64,000 nt of DNA from Candidatus Lokiarchaeum ossiferum (GCA_025839675.1 CP104013.1:3233121-3297120), one strand, 5' to 3'. Shown: positions 40,842-51,107, numbered from the stretch's first letter. The notes: a model not told the origin generated them from the letters alone. Translations and numbers: made by a program.

Positions 40842-41035
40842 ATTTTTATTGCTTTTTTTTTCTCAGGCTATAAGTATATTTTTTTTCTCATTTTTGATAA
40901 TATTTTCTTGATTTAAACGGAGAAAATATGAGTTATGAAATTTTGATGAAAATCAAGAAATTCTTTTCATTATGAAAACCCGAAAAATAAGAAGAAAAAC
41001 ATCTTTCCGAAACATCCATTGATATCTCATCAAGC

Positions 41036-41190
41036 ACCTATAAAAAGATCACGATTGTGATAGTTGTGCAAATTGCGAGTGGTTTTTATAGATCAAAAGC
41101 AGTATTATGGATGTAACCATTTGAATACAAAAGGATAAATGGACAAAAGTGAGAAACCGATTTTTGTTCCACATCTCCTTAATAGTAATT
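41036..41190. promoter_or_regulatory. Conserved promoter/leader module, copy C (lacks the minus-gene stub)
   Basis: cctataaaaagatcacgattgtgatag...ggtttttatagatcaaaagcagtattatggatgtaaccatttgaatacaaaaggat. Confidence 0.5.
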
Positions 41191-41249
41191 TTTCAATATC
41201 CTTTTTGTATTCTACTTGAACAATATTTAAAAGAAAAAAGGTAAACATA

Positions 41250-44200
41250 ATGAATCAAAAAAAAAGACTGCTATCGTTATATGCGTTGCTTCTTTTGACC
41301 TGTTCCGCCTTAATATATACTAATATGGGAACTGGGGTCGCAGAAATCAATATTTCAGAATGGACAAATGTGCCAAATTATGGTCCTTCGGAATTATCCA
41401 ATTTCATGGATGAAGATCGAGGGGAGGTAATGAAAATATATGATGCCGGATGGGGATTAGTCCAAAAGGATATAATTCCGCAATATATTGCAGGAAACAA
41501 AATTTGGTATTCCTATTGCGTGAAAGTAACTGGTGGGGAATCGAATGATTATGGGGGGGTGAATTTAAGCCCATCTACCATCAACACTGGGGCCGTAGGA
41601 ATGCGAATTCATGCGGGAACGAGTTTAAAATATTGGCTTGGAGATGGACAAGAGCATGATACATTCATTGACGTAGAAACAGATCAATGGTACCACATAG
41701 GATGTTCATATGAGTCTGATGGTCAATTCGAAGCATATTTGGATGGGGAGATGATCCTTTCAGAACAAGCCAAGCCTATCAGCAATTTAAATTATGTTTA
41801 TGCTGCAACATGCTCCCAATCAACTTTTCTGGATGATATCTATGTTGGAGTTTCTAAGGATGAAGCATTTAATAGTTTCCAAGATGAAGTAACTACCATA
41901 CTAATTGATGATTTTTCGGAAGATTCGATTGGGTTTTTACCCTTAGATTGGGAACTAACTGCAGGCGGATATTCATCTTTTAGAACTGTAGAACTAGCCG
42001 AATCTCCATATGATCAGGTTTTAAGAATCTATGATTATGGACAAATTCCCACCGTATACTCAAAAGTGGAAAAAAAAATTCCCGCTGGTTTTGGATCTAT
42101 TGAATGGGATTTAAAAACAGATTCACCAGGAAATAATAATGGTTATTTCGGATTGATGGAAGGGGATAATTGGTTGATATCGATTGGGATAATAAATAAT
42201 CAATTCAGAGTTTATTACCACAATGATCATGCTTCGTATAGTGTCTACGACACAAACGTTGTTGCTTCAAATCAATGGACCCACCTTAAAATGGAGTATG
42301 ATGGCGAGCAAGATGATTGTCGAATATTTGTTAATGGGGTTGAGGTAAGAAGTACACCATTCAATACAAAATATGCCTCTTTTGTTGATGGTCTATATTT
42401 ACACTCAGGAGAAACTGGATCTGGAAAAAGTTATTATGACAACATTCAAGTGAACTGGGTAAAACAGCGTGTGGATTCTTTTATGGAATATGCTGGCATT
42501 ATCAATTTTGATGATAGTTACAATCAAGATCCTCTAGCAAGCTGTCAAGAATGGTCTTCCGATGTTAATTCGGGCTATCAAATCCTAGATGCAGTGACCA
42601 CACACTCAAGTGTATTGGCAATAACCGATTTAGTTTCTTCTTCGAGCTGCTTTACAAAACTAAACATTAATACTCCTTTAGGGGTTGGAGGCTGTGTAGA
42701 AGGATGGATATCTGGATCGAGTATCATAAATAATGCGTATATGGGCATTAATTTTGGGGATAATTACTGGTTATTGTCCGTGGGGATCAATAATGGTCAT
42801 TTTAAAGTTTATCATCGAACGAGCTATTCAACATATAGTACCGCTGTTTCTACCATAGAAGCAAATCCAAATCAATGGTATTTTGTTTGTTTATATTATG
42901 ATGGTATGTCTGATATTTGTACTGTATCGATAAATGGTGTTACTATTGGACAATATAGTCTTTATGACGTTGCTGGAATTACATCAATATATCTCCATTC
43001 GGGAGAAAATGGGGGGGGTACAAGTTACTATGACTCAATTTCGTATGATTGGGCAAATGAATATGATGCAGGAGATGCAAGAATAATAGACTTCGATAGG
43101 GACCATTTAAGCCACAAGTATGAAGAGACCCATATTTATGAATCTGGATTAAAAACTTCTCCTTGGAAATGTGATTCTGATAATGATAGGGTAAATGATT
43201 GGGATGAAATCTGTGGTATCTACGGATATATTACTGATCCAACTCGGATTGACTCTGAACCGATTGGATCTGAAGATGGGCTGAATGATTATTTAGAATT
43301 ATTTAGATATCATACCGATCCAACTCACTATGATTCTGACCGTGATGGGCTGACTGATGGAGATGAAGTCAACTTATATGGCACCGACCCGACCACGGCG
43401 GATTCGGATGGGGATGGGTTGACCGATGGGGAAGAAATAAATGGGTATGATATGATGTATCTAGACGAGCTTTATCATGAACATAAATATGCAACATATT
43501 ATACAAATCCGCTTCTTGTTGATTCAGATAATGATAATTGGAGTGATAAGCAAGAACTTGATTTGATACAAGCTGATTTAGATCAAATTCATGAACCTAA
43601 TCCTGCGGTAGATAACTATCGGTATTTAGATCCAATGTGCCGAGATAGTGATTTAGATTTTCTTCCCGATGGATGGGAAGAATATTATGGACTCGATCCT
43701 TGTGAATATAATTCAGAGCTGGAATTAATCGAAAACAATGTTCCTGATATATATTATTTCTTTGCGCCAATTCAAGAACCAGATCAAGAACGGGTCTCGG
43801 GATTGCGAATTGCCTTGATATTCATTAATCCAGACATAGTTTCGCCAAGTTGGGCAAATTATTACTCTCGAGTCTTCGATAAGCTAAATTATGATGTAGT
43901 GCATGTTTATACAGGTTACACCCGAAATCAGTTTTATAATGAATTGTATCAGTGGACACCCCTTATTCAAGCGGATGATGAATTATTTATAATGATCCAA
44001 GGACATGGGCTGGTGGAGGACAATGAAGAAGAAACTCCGTTGGCGTATTTCACTCTTTATGATGACGATGAGGTGTTTGACCAGGATGTTGGTGAAATTT
44101 CGGGACAAGAGTTTTTAAATCGATTGAAGTTATTTAGTGCCTACAGGAAATGTGTGTTTTTTGATACCTGTTTCGCTGGAAAAGTGCTTGAAAATTTCGA

Positions 44201-44498
44201 TTCGGAAATAACTAAAGTCTTTCAAACTACTGATGCCACCCACGCACAGTATAGAACAGTCAGCAAATTTGATAAGATTATGCAGAATGCTAAGTGGGAG
44301 AAAAGAAATACTTATGTTGCATCATTTTTCTGGGATACTTTAGGTGCAACCACTCTAAGTGAAGATCCAATTTTCAAATATATTCAGGCGGATTTGGCAT
44401 TTGGTTCTCTTTTACCGTGGAGTCGAACGGGTTATCAAGGAGGAACTATTTTGAATCCGGGCTGGAATTATTTGGAACGTTATAATATATTTGTCTAA
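41250..44498 (+). CDS. Giant secreted LamG/jelly-roll protein with TSP3-like Ca-binding repeats and a C-terminal caspase-like peptidase domain
   Basis: Signal peptide. WYHIGCSYESDG.FEAYLDGEMI is LamG_3-like. DSDGDGLTDGEE is present. The C-terminus has LFIMIQGHG ... KCVFFDTCFAG. Confidence 0.55.
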   Translation: MNQKKRLLSLYALLLLTCSALIYTNMGTGVAEINISEWTNVPNYGPSELSNFMDEDRGEVMKIYDAGWGLVQKDIIPQYIAGNKIWYSYCVKVTGGESNDYGGVNLSPSTINTGAVGMRIHAGTSLKYWLGDGQEHDTFIDVETDQWYHIGCSYESDGQFEAYLDGEMILSEQAKPISNLNYVYAATCSQSTFLDDIYVGVSKDEAFNSFQDEVTTILIDDFSEDSIGFLPLDWELTAGGYSSFRTVELAESPYDQVLRIYDYGQIPTVYSKVEKKIPAGFGSIEWDLKTDSPGNNNGYFGLMEGDNWLISIGIINNQFRVYYHNDHASYSVYDTNVVASNQWTHLKMEYDGEQDDCRIFVNGVEVRSTPFNTKYASFVDGLYLHSGETGSGKSYYDNIQVNWVKQRVDSFMEYAGIINFDDSYNQDPLASCQEWSSDVNSGYQILDAVTTHSSVLAITDLVSSSSCFTKLNINTPLGVGGCVEGWISGSSIINNAYMGINFGDNYWLLSVGINNGHFKVYHRTSYSTYSTAVSTIEANPNQWYFVCLYYDGMSDICTVSINGVTIGQYSLYDVAGITSIYLHSGENGGGTSYYDSISYDWANEYDAGDARIIDFDRDHLSHKYEETHIYESGLKTSPWKCDSDNDRVNDWDEICGIYGYITDPTRIDSEPIGSEDGLNDYLELFRYHTDPTHYDSDRDGLTDGDEVNLYGTDPTTADSDGDGLTDGEEINGYDMMYLDELYHEHKYATYYTNPLLVDSDNDNWSDKQELDLIQADLDQIHEPNPAVDNYRYLDPMCRDSDLDFLPDGWEEYYGLDPCEYNSELELIENNVPDIYYFFAPIQEPDQERVSGLRIALIFINPDIVSPSWANYYSRVFDKLNYDVVHVYTGYTRNQFYNELYQWTPLIQADDELFIMIQGHGLVEDNEEETPLAYFTLYDDDEVFDQDVGEISGQEFLNRLKLFSAYRKCVFFDTCFAGKVLENFDSEITKVFQTTDATHAQYRTVSKFDKIMQNAKWEKRNTYVASFFWDTLGATTLSEDPIFKYIQADLAFGSLLPWSRTGYQGGTILNPGWNYLERYNIFV

Positions 44499-44525
44499 AT
44501 TTCGGGATAGTGAGTAGTTTTGCTC

Positions 44526-44864
44526 TCACTTTTTTTTTATTTCTTCTGCATTTAATGAATCCCCAAAAATGATTTCCTTACGCTTTCTATCAACCAACCG
44601 CAAATTTCCCGTAAATAAGGGCATATGAAGCCACGTATTTAATAATTTTTCCCCTCCCAGTACATGATCCCATGATTTTAATATTGTTCTTTCGTTTTTC
44701 GATATTTTCGCAAGGCACGAGCTACAAAAAAAAATAGGTAATGGATATGGAATGGAATTATTGGGTCTTTTTTCGGTTACCGTAATAAATGGGGACATAT
44801 CAGCACGCCACTGTTGACATATGTAACATAAGTTTTTGGAAGGTACTTTGTTTTTGGCCATCAA
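44526..44864 (-). CDS. Small CxxC...CxxC zinc-binding protein (cassette partner)
   Basis: LCYICQQW...FFCSSCLAK. Paralog of 33559..33891. Confidence 0.45.
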   Translation of the reverse strand: MMAKNKVPSKNLCYICQQWRADMSPFITVTEKRPNNSIPYPLPIFFCSSCLAKISKNERTILKSWDHVLGGEKLLNTWLHMPLFTGNLRLVDRKRKEIIFGDSLNAEEIKKK

Positions 44865-44934
44865 TGTTAGCTATGAAGGGCAGACTATTGAAATTTTTGG
44901 CGAACTTCTACTCCTTGGTCTTTCTGAAATTCAC

Positions 44935-45006
44935 TTAGTTTATATTGATGATGAGCCGTAAATTCCAATTCTCGAGATCGAAGGGGACCTCGGAGGGGAG
45001 GGGCAT
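44935..45006 (-). pseudogene. 23-codon stub of the PIN-like cassette gene (MPLPSEVPFDLENWNLRLIININ*)
   Basis: Starts at the conserved gggcatgaatc position of module D. Aligns with MPPFAEFPFCLENCH. Confidence 0.35.
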
Positions 45007-45165
45007 GAATCGCCCTATGTTTTTGGGATGCTATAAAAAAAACTCGCTTGTGACAGAAGTGTAAATTTCGTGTGGTTTTTATAGATCAAAGTCAATATTA
45101 AGCATGTAGCCATTTGAATGCAAAAGGATGAAATGACAAAACTGGAATTCAAGCTATCGTCTTTG
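45001..45165. promoter_or_regulatory. Conserved divergent promoter/leader module, copy D (more diverged)
   Basis: gggcatgaatcgcc...gctataaaaaaaactcgcttgtgacag...gtggtttttatagatcaaag...catttgaatgcaaaaggatgaaatgacaaaa. Confidence 0.45.
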
Positions 45166-45230
45166 CCTCTTCCATTCCTCACCTTGATTTTCTGCCAAAA
45201 GTTCTTCAATGGGATACAGTGTGATAAAAA

Positions 45231-48029
45231 ATGTTGGATAAAAATAAAAAAGGCAAGAAGAAATTGTCCTTGGGATCTAAAATCGGAATGTGCCTCTTCA
45301 TTGTTGCGATGATCTCTACCAATAGCCCAAATCTGATAAAAAGCGCTTCAGCAATTTCCGTGAATGATTGGGAATTAAATCCTGAATGGGAAGGGTGGGA
45401 AGAGGATTCTACTCTTGGAAATCAATATACACGCGTCGCTGAATATTCAGATTTAGGCTCACGAGATCCGGTGTTGGGACTCCGCGATGGTTCCTATTAT
45501 GGAGAAGCGAAAATAAAGAATGAATTTCCCAACCAACCTGCGGGGGCTTTTTCCACCGAATTGAAAATCGTTGAAACCTCTTATGGAAATGAGGATTGTT
45601 CTTTTATTCGATTTTATTCAGGAACAACAATTGCTGCTGCTTTAATTATTGATAATAATTTTAGATATGCTCCTGACCAAGGAGTATCCGATGCCCCTAT
45701 AAGATCGATCAATGTGGAATTGGAGACGTGGTACCACTTTGCTGCTGAATGGAATAGTCAAGCAACTGGAACTAATGAGTGGACATTTTACATTAACGGT
45801 CAAATTATTGCTCAGTTCGATTCGACCAATCCGTTTTCAGGAATTAATAATATCACAATTAGTACATATCTTGGCGATATAACTCATAATCTGACCTTAC
45901 ATAACCTACGACATATGGATGATTCTTCCACAATTAACCAAATTTGGGAAGAAGATAAATTTTTTGAATGGACTAGCGGTGGGACGAATCAATGGTGTCA
46001 TATTTCGACTAACATTTTTGAAGATCGAAACGTGTTAAAACTAAACGATGGTTCATGGGTCGGGGAAGCAATCGCAACAGCGAACTTTGATTTATCCGAA
46101 AAGGGATCGTTTTCTACAAATATTCGAATTGTTGATTCTGGTTATGGAGAAACAGATTGTTTCCTAATTAGATTTCTCTCAGGATCGACTGTGAGCAGCT
46201 ATATGACCATGTGGGAAGATCAAGGTGTAAATACGATCAGATTTTGTGGATCTGACGGCAATTCTTACCCCACAGGATCAACATACTCTACTAATGTGTG
46301 GAATGATGATTTCAAAGCCGAATGGGATTGCTCAGGAAGTGGTAAAGACCAATGGGTTTTTTCTCTGGGAGGCACAGTAATAAAGACATTTGAATCTGAA
46401 AAATACACTTCAGGAATTAATCAAATTTCGATTCGCTCTTTATATAGCAAACCAACCAATTATGTCTATTTTAATGATATTCAAATCGATTCGGATGATG
46501 ATGGTCTATCACGTAAAGAAGAATTGCTCTTTGGCACCGACCCGACCACGGCGGATTCGGATGGGGATGGGCGCGAGGACGGGGTGGAGATTAGATATAT
46601 GACAAATCCTATAATAAATGAAGTCTTTTGGGAAGATTTTGAAGAAATTTCTTTACCAAGTGGATATATTGATAATGGAGATACTATCGGAGAGTGGCAA
46701 GTGGCTAAAGATAATGATGATTTTTGTGATCTATATGTCGATCAGAGTCCAAGCTATTGGGGAGAATCTTCTCAAGTTTTATGGCTTCATACTACTGATG
46801 AAAGTCTCATTGATATTTATAAAAATGATATCGCTTCATCTGGAGATAATTTGGTTTATTTTCGCTCCTCTATTAGTATAGGACAGCTTCAGTATCAACA
46901 GTTTTATGTTGATTTTACCTATGGAACTTCTTCACGCTTGCATTTTCTGTTTTCTAGTGGAGAATTATTTTTCTGGGATTCCTATTATATATATGGGAAA
47001 CACCTTACTGCTTATAAACCTGTATATGATGCAGCGAGCAATGTTGTTGTTTATAGTGAAGATCAAAAAATTGATTTCGAAGTATTCATTGATAAGGACC
47101 AATCCACTTGGACTCTGAAATGGAATGGACAAGCAATAATGAAGCAATATGATCTTGATTTTGGTAATACTTTTAATCGAGTGATTTTAGGCACACCATC
47201 AACATCTTCTGGACGAGTTTTTCTTGATGATCTCGTTTTTGAACATGGGAAAATCACTAAAGATGATTCGAAGACCTTATACAATAAAATAGTTCCGAAT
47301 ATAGTCGCCTGTTTACCTGGGTTCAATGAGGAATTCTCTGAAGATTCTATTGGCGATACTAGCCTTGTAGGATTAGAAATATCATCAATCGTTTCTCGAG
47401 ATACTGAGTATTCCTTCAATTTTCCTTTTGTTTCAGTTAGTTATGATGATGAAATTGAAACGGGTCCACATCATGATGAGGTTCGAACAATTGGTCAAGA
47501 ACATTGGTATTGGTACTATAAAATTTATGGAGATATTGAATTTTACTCAATCGACTTAACAGAGTATTCATATTCTGCTTCCTTTTTGGCATTTTATTCA
47601 TTTGACCCATATTCAACTCAAAACACCGTACTTACCAATCATCCCTATTCAGATCTCCGCGATGATTGCTCGTATTTAAATCAGGAAACATTTGATTATT
47701 GGGTCCAGCCATCATATACTTCTGAATACTCTTGTCCTCAACAATACACGGATTCTGGGAGTCAAACTCAAAAAGGATGGGATTACACCATTAGTAAACA
47801 AACCACATTAGGATTGAATTTTGAGTTATCCTTTGCCACACCAGTCCAATCAATTTCTCTTCCCCTTGGCATATCTTTTGCATTCAATGTTGAACGAGAT
47901 TTAGATTTCTGGTACTATCTGATATTGAAAGATACCCATACTTCTACTAAATCAGTAACTTATAATATGAATGCCAATGTAGCTAAAGGTTTTTATACTT
48001 TTTTTATTAGTGATTTTAAGATTCACTAA
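45231..48029 (+). CDS. Giant secreted LamG/jelly-roll surface protein with one TSP3-like Ca-binding motif
   Basis: Signal/anchor region (KIGMCLFIVAMISTNSP). Repeated ETDCFLIRF..G motifs. DSDDDG...DSDGDGREDG. Confidence 0.55.
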   Translation: MLDKNKKGKKKLSLGSKIGMCLFIVAMISTNSPNLIKSASAISVNDWELNPEWEGWEEDSTLGNQYTRVAEYSDLGSRDPVLGLRDGSYYGEAKIKNEFPNQPAGAFSTELKIVETSYGNEDCSFIRFYSGTTIAAALIIDNNFRYAPDQGVSDAPIRSINVELETWYHFAAEWNSQATGTNEWTFYINGQIIAQFDSTNPFSGINNITISTYLGDITHNLTLHNLRHMDDSSTINQIWEEDKFFEWTSGGTNQWCHISTNIFEDRNVLKLNDGSWVGEAIATANFDLSEKGSFSTNIRIVDSGYGETDCFLIRFLSGSTVSSYMTMWEDQGVNTIRFCGSDGNSYPTGSTYSTNVWNDDFKAEWDCSGSGKDQWVFSLGGTVIKTFESEKYTSGINQISIRSLYSKPTNYVYFNDIQIDSDDDGLSRKEELLFGTDPTTADSDGDGREDGVEIRYMTNPIINEVFWEDFEEISLPSGYIDNGDTIGEWQVAKDNDDFCDLYVDQSPSYWGESSQVLWLHTTDESLIDIYKNDIASSGDNLVYFRSSISIGQLQYQQFYVDFTYGTSSRLHFLFSSGELFFWDSYYIYGKHLTAYKPVYDAASNVVVYSEDQKIDFEVFIDKDQSTWTLKWNGQAIMKQYDLDFGNTFNRVILGTPSTSSGRVFLDDLVFEHGKITKDDSKTLYNKIVPNIVACLPGFNEEFSEDSIGDTSLVGLEISSIVSRDTEYSFNFPFVSVSYDDEIETGPHHDEVRTIGQEHWYWYYKIYGDIEFYSIDLTEYSYSASFLAFYSFDPYSTQNTVLTNHPYSDLRDDCSYLNQETFDYWVQPSYTSEYSCPQQYTDSGSQTQKGWDYTISKQTTLGLNFELSFATPVQSISLPLGISFAFNVERDLDFWYYLILKDTHTSTKSVTYNMNANVAKGFYTFFISDFKIH

Positions 48030-48593
48030 TATTTTTTTTTAACCTAGCCAAATTTTTAGTATATTTTGAAGCCCTAGAGAAAAAGAATAGTCCTGAATTT
48101 CTTAACTCGAAAAAAAACTTTATAGGAAAAACTTGCCAAAGGGGTTAAAAAAAGATTTTGATCCCAAAGGGGAAGAAAACTGACAGGTGTGGAATTGGAA
48201 GCGATTTTGTGACTGTTTCATCGGTTTTGATCAAATGATAAAAGATCAGTTATTAGGAAGGGATGAATGACTATCTGAAAAATCACTTTTGGGACTGAAT
48301 TAAGCGGAGTATTAGATAATATAGAAAGTGTATAGAGGTTGAAAAAGATTCGAGGAAGCATAGCGAACCAACAGGATTTGCAAAAGAAAGGACCGCCAAC
48401 ATGAGAAATCAAGGTTATGAGACTACCACCATCCAAAATGACTACATGAAATTCATATCGCGTCTATAATTGAAGATATTTTTTGGTGTGAATCTTTATC
48501 CTAAGAAAAGTCAAACCTAGCAAAATAAAGCGGTTTTTTTTAATACTTCTACTTTACATTTCAATCCGATAGGAAAAGTAGTGGATGGATGCT

Positions 48594-48752
48594 TTACTCG
48601 TTCTCTGGTATTAAAGCAGCCTTCAATTTCCGAACCGCTTCCTTGATCACTTCTGCCCGTGAACTATACCCAAATTTGGGATTCTCGAGGATTTTATCAA
48701 TATATTCTTCCACAAAAGGTTCAGGCAACGAAATCGAAGCAAATTTTCCCAT
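48594..48752 (-). CDS. CopG/Arc/MetJ-type ribbon-helix-helix protein (52 aa). Missed by the ORF track because it is under 60 aa.
   Basis: Hand translation gives MGKFASISLPEPFVEEYIDKILENPKFGYSSRAEVIKEAVRKLKAALIPENE*. The strand SISLP...Y, the FGYSSRAEVIREA helix and its length are the classic RHH signature. Confidence 0.55.
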   Translation of the reverse strand: MGKFASISLPEPFVEEYIDKILENPKFGYSSRAEVIKEAVRKLKAALIPENE

Positions 48753-49435
48753 ATTTGCTCTAGAGATGCCCTACTATTTATGTTTGTTGCTTGGTTTAAG
48801 TTCAATTATGTATCCATGATATATAAGTGAAGTATGATAGATCGATAAATTATATTTATAAGGATGCGTTTCATACAATTATGTATCAAACACAGATCAA
48901 GCACGAGTAATGCTGATTCTTTTTGAACATGTCTTCCGAGTTTATAAGTTTCAAAAAGTAATTACAGTATCATAAATCTGGAAAAACAGATCTGTTTGGT
49001 AACCTATAGATTAGCGACAAACGTCCCAAGAGGTCTCATTATGTCTCAAAAACCTAGAATATCAATAACAACAGGGCAAAGGTCAACATCCTGTGTCAAT
49101 CCTACCAAGTCTCCGTCAGAACCGCACGGATCTCCCATATCTGCCATCAATCCATTGGCAGATCAATCGCTTTCTCCTTCTGGATCTAAATTTTATTATC
49201 AGTATTTTAACGATCAAAATCATATTGAATGTTTTTGAACGTGAGCGATTATTATGGGAAAGCACTCATGAGGAACTCAGCTACTTACTTTTACATGTAT
49301 CCAATAAAAATGACCTTATATCATCTCTATCAACAAAAAAGAGCTTCAAAATTAAAGGATCAGATAATCTTACCTTATGCTAGATTTCAATAAAAAATCA
49401 TGATCAGATTTAATTTTGGAATATTAGAAAAAGAT

Positions 49436-49541
49436 TGGTGGGAAAGGTGGGCTTCGGACCCACGACCTCTGCCTTATCAGGGCAGCGCTCGATTGCCTTC
49501 ATATGAAGAGATACATACAATCCAGGCTAAGCTACTCTCCC
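49436..49541 (-). tRNA. tRNA-Ile(GAU) candidate with a roughly 28-nt non-canonical (D-loop) intron and a genomically encoded 3' CCA
   Basis: Minus strand: GGGAGAG-TA-GCTT-AGCCTGGAtt[GTATGTATCTCTTCATATGAAGGCAA]TC-GAGC-G-CTGCC-CTGATAA-GGCAG-AGGTC-GTGGG-TCCGAAG-CCCAC-CTTTCCC-A-CCA. The acceptor stem is 7 bp with one G-U. The anticodon loop CUGAUAA gives GAU. The T-loop reads TCCGAAG, which is atypical (no U55). About 30 extra nt lie between the D-loop and the D-stem 3' strand, flanked by GATTG/CAATC pairing. Confidence 0.55.
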
Positions 49542-50124
49542 GTTTCTGTTTTTACAAAACTGTCTGATATTTAACAATTTTATAATAGTCGGGATAAACA
49601 GACTATAATTGTCACTCATGATGGAACAATTAAAAAATTTCCGATTTTCATTCCATAAAAAGTTCTCTGTTTCAATCCGAACAGTGGTTTGACAGTTTTA
49701 GGGGATTCAATTTACATGGGTGGCATTTGCTTCGTGGGGGGGAATTGTCGAAAGTATATAAGAATCTAGGATCTAAAAAAAAAGTCGAGTTGTGCGAAAA
49801 AAACCAAGAAATCGCAATGTGAGAAGGACAATTTTTTACAACAACTGAGCAAAGAAAAACCATAGAATACTAGGAATTATAAAATGGATTTCAGAGATTT
49901 GAGTGAAGAAGGGGTAAAGTTTTAAAAAAAATTGAAAGAAATAGTTTTTTGAAAGAAAGTGGGAAGATTCCACATAATTCTTCAAGTAATTTATTATTTA
50001 CAAGCGTCTCAAGTTCTACATCGGTGGAGGATTTTAAAATCAAAGAGATTTTTTCATTTGTCATGGATCTTTTTTGATCGAATCTTTTTTAATTATTTAT
50101 GACTAAATATAAATTAAGATAAAA

Positions 50125-50589
50125 ATGAAAGACAAACAAAATGTAGGAAATTCTGGAGAATATTATATTGCAGCTTTCCTTTCTGCACGAAATTTTATAG
50201 TAACCATCACCCTAGGAAGAGCTATTGGCTATGATTTATTAGCGGTCAATCCAAGCGGAAAGTTAATCAAAATATCTGTAAAAACTCGCGATTCAAACTC
50301 AACTCATAGATTTGTGTTATCAGAAAAATCTGAGTCATTAAAATCCGAGGATCTGTTCTATGCATTTGTTAGAACGAATAAATTTGAATCTCTACCCGAT
50401 TTTTGGATGATTCCATCAAAAATTGTTGCTGAGCAAACATATAATAGCCATAAGAAATGGCTTCAAGAAGATAGCAATCACAAGGATAATACAATGCGAA
50501 CATTTTGGGTGAAAAATCATGATCTTTTCCCAAAGAATTGGGGAGAAACAATGGAGCAATATCATAATAGTTATTCTAGTTTGCTATAG
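50125..50589 (+). CDS. PD-(D/E)xK restriction-endonuclease-fold protein, Hjc-like
   Basis: GEYYIAAFLSARNFIV...GYDLLAVNPSGKLIKISVKTRD follows the Hjc pattern E...(P)DLIA...K.IEVKS, with S in place of the second acid. Confidence 0.35.
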   Translation: MKDKQNVGNSGEYYIAAFLSARNFIVTITLGRAIGYDLLAVNPSGKLIKISVKTRDSNSTHRFVLSEKSESLKSEDLFYAFVRTNKFESLPDFWMIPSKIVAEQTYNSHKKWLQEDSNHKDNTMRTFWVKNHDLFPKNWGETMEQYHNSYSSLL

Positions 50590-50840
50590 TTTTTTTTTAA
50601 GAATATTATCTCAGATAATGTTTTTTCATATTGATCATTCATAGAATGCAAGAAGAAATTGGATTTTTCCAAAGATAAAGAGGTCTGGAAAAAAAGTTGG
50701 ACTTCTTTTTTAGAATTTTTTCTCATTTTGAGGAAAAATTTCTTTCAGGGAAAATCTCAGTTCATCCTTTTGCATTCAATATTTGAACACTATTCATAGG
50801 GTGATATTTCTATTTAAACACCGTGGTAATAGCAAAATAA

Positions 50841-51107
50841 TCACTCATGTGATCTTTTTATATTTATCCATTGTTTCAAATCGAGCATATCTTCCTCGTA
50901 TTTTTCAACGAGAGTCCGATATTTCTTTTGATAGATGCGTTCGGGAAGCAAGCCAACACTCCGGAACAACAACATCATATTCAAAAATTCCAGTTTCATT
51001 TCAAACGGCCAACTATCGATGGGGTCATCCTTATAAACGGAGACTCGAGAGATCCCCGCCGATCCCAAGTTGATTTCAAAATGGCACTTTTTATGCGGTT
51101 TGTTCAC
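50841..51107 (-). CDS. Hypothetical protein. One of three mutually overlapping ORFs; the minus-strand one looks most protein-like.
   Basis: Balanced composition (MNKPHKKCHFEINLGSAG...KYRTLVEKYEEDMLDLKQW). The two overlapping plus-strand frames are low-complexity. Confidence 0.2.
   Translation of the reverse strand: MNKPHKKCHFEINLGSAGISRVSVYKDDPIDSWPFEMKLEFLNMMLLFRSVGLLPERIYQKKYRTLVEKYEEDMLDLKQWINIKRSHE

Noticed and set aside
46390-47419. Small ORFs nested in giant gene 45231..48029 on either strand
   Set aside because: AT-rich shadow frames inside a strongly supported long ORF.
37356-48029. Diversity-generating retroelement targeting the giant proteins
   Set aside because: No reverse transcriptase gene and no template-repeat/variable-repeat pair of about 100 bp recognisable. 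The shared GC-rich block is only about 40 nt.
49020-49383. ORFs 48996..49238 and 49093..49383
   Set aside because: Low-complexity Ser/Pro-rich and overlapping. The region is more likely non-coding flank of the tRNA.
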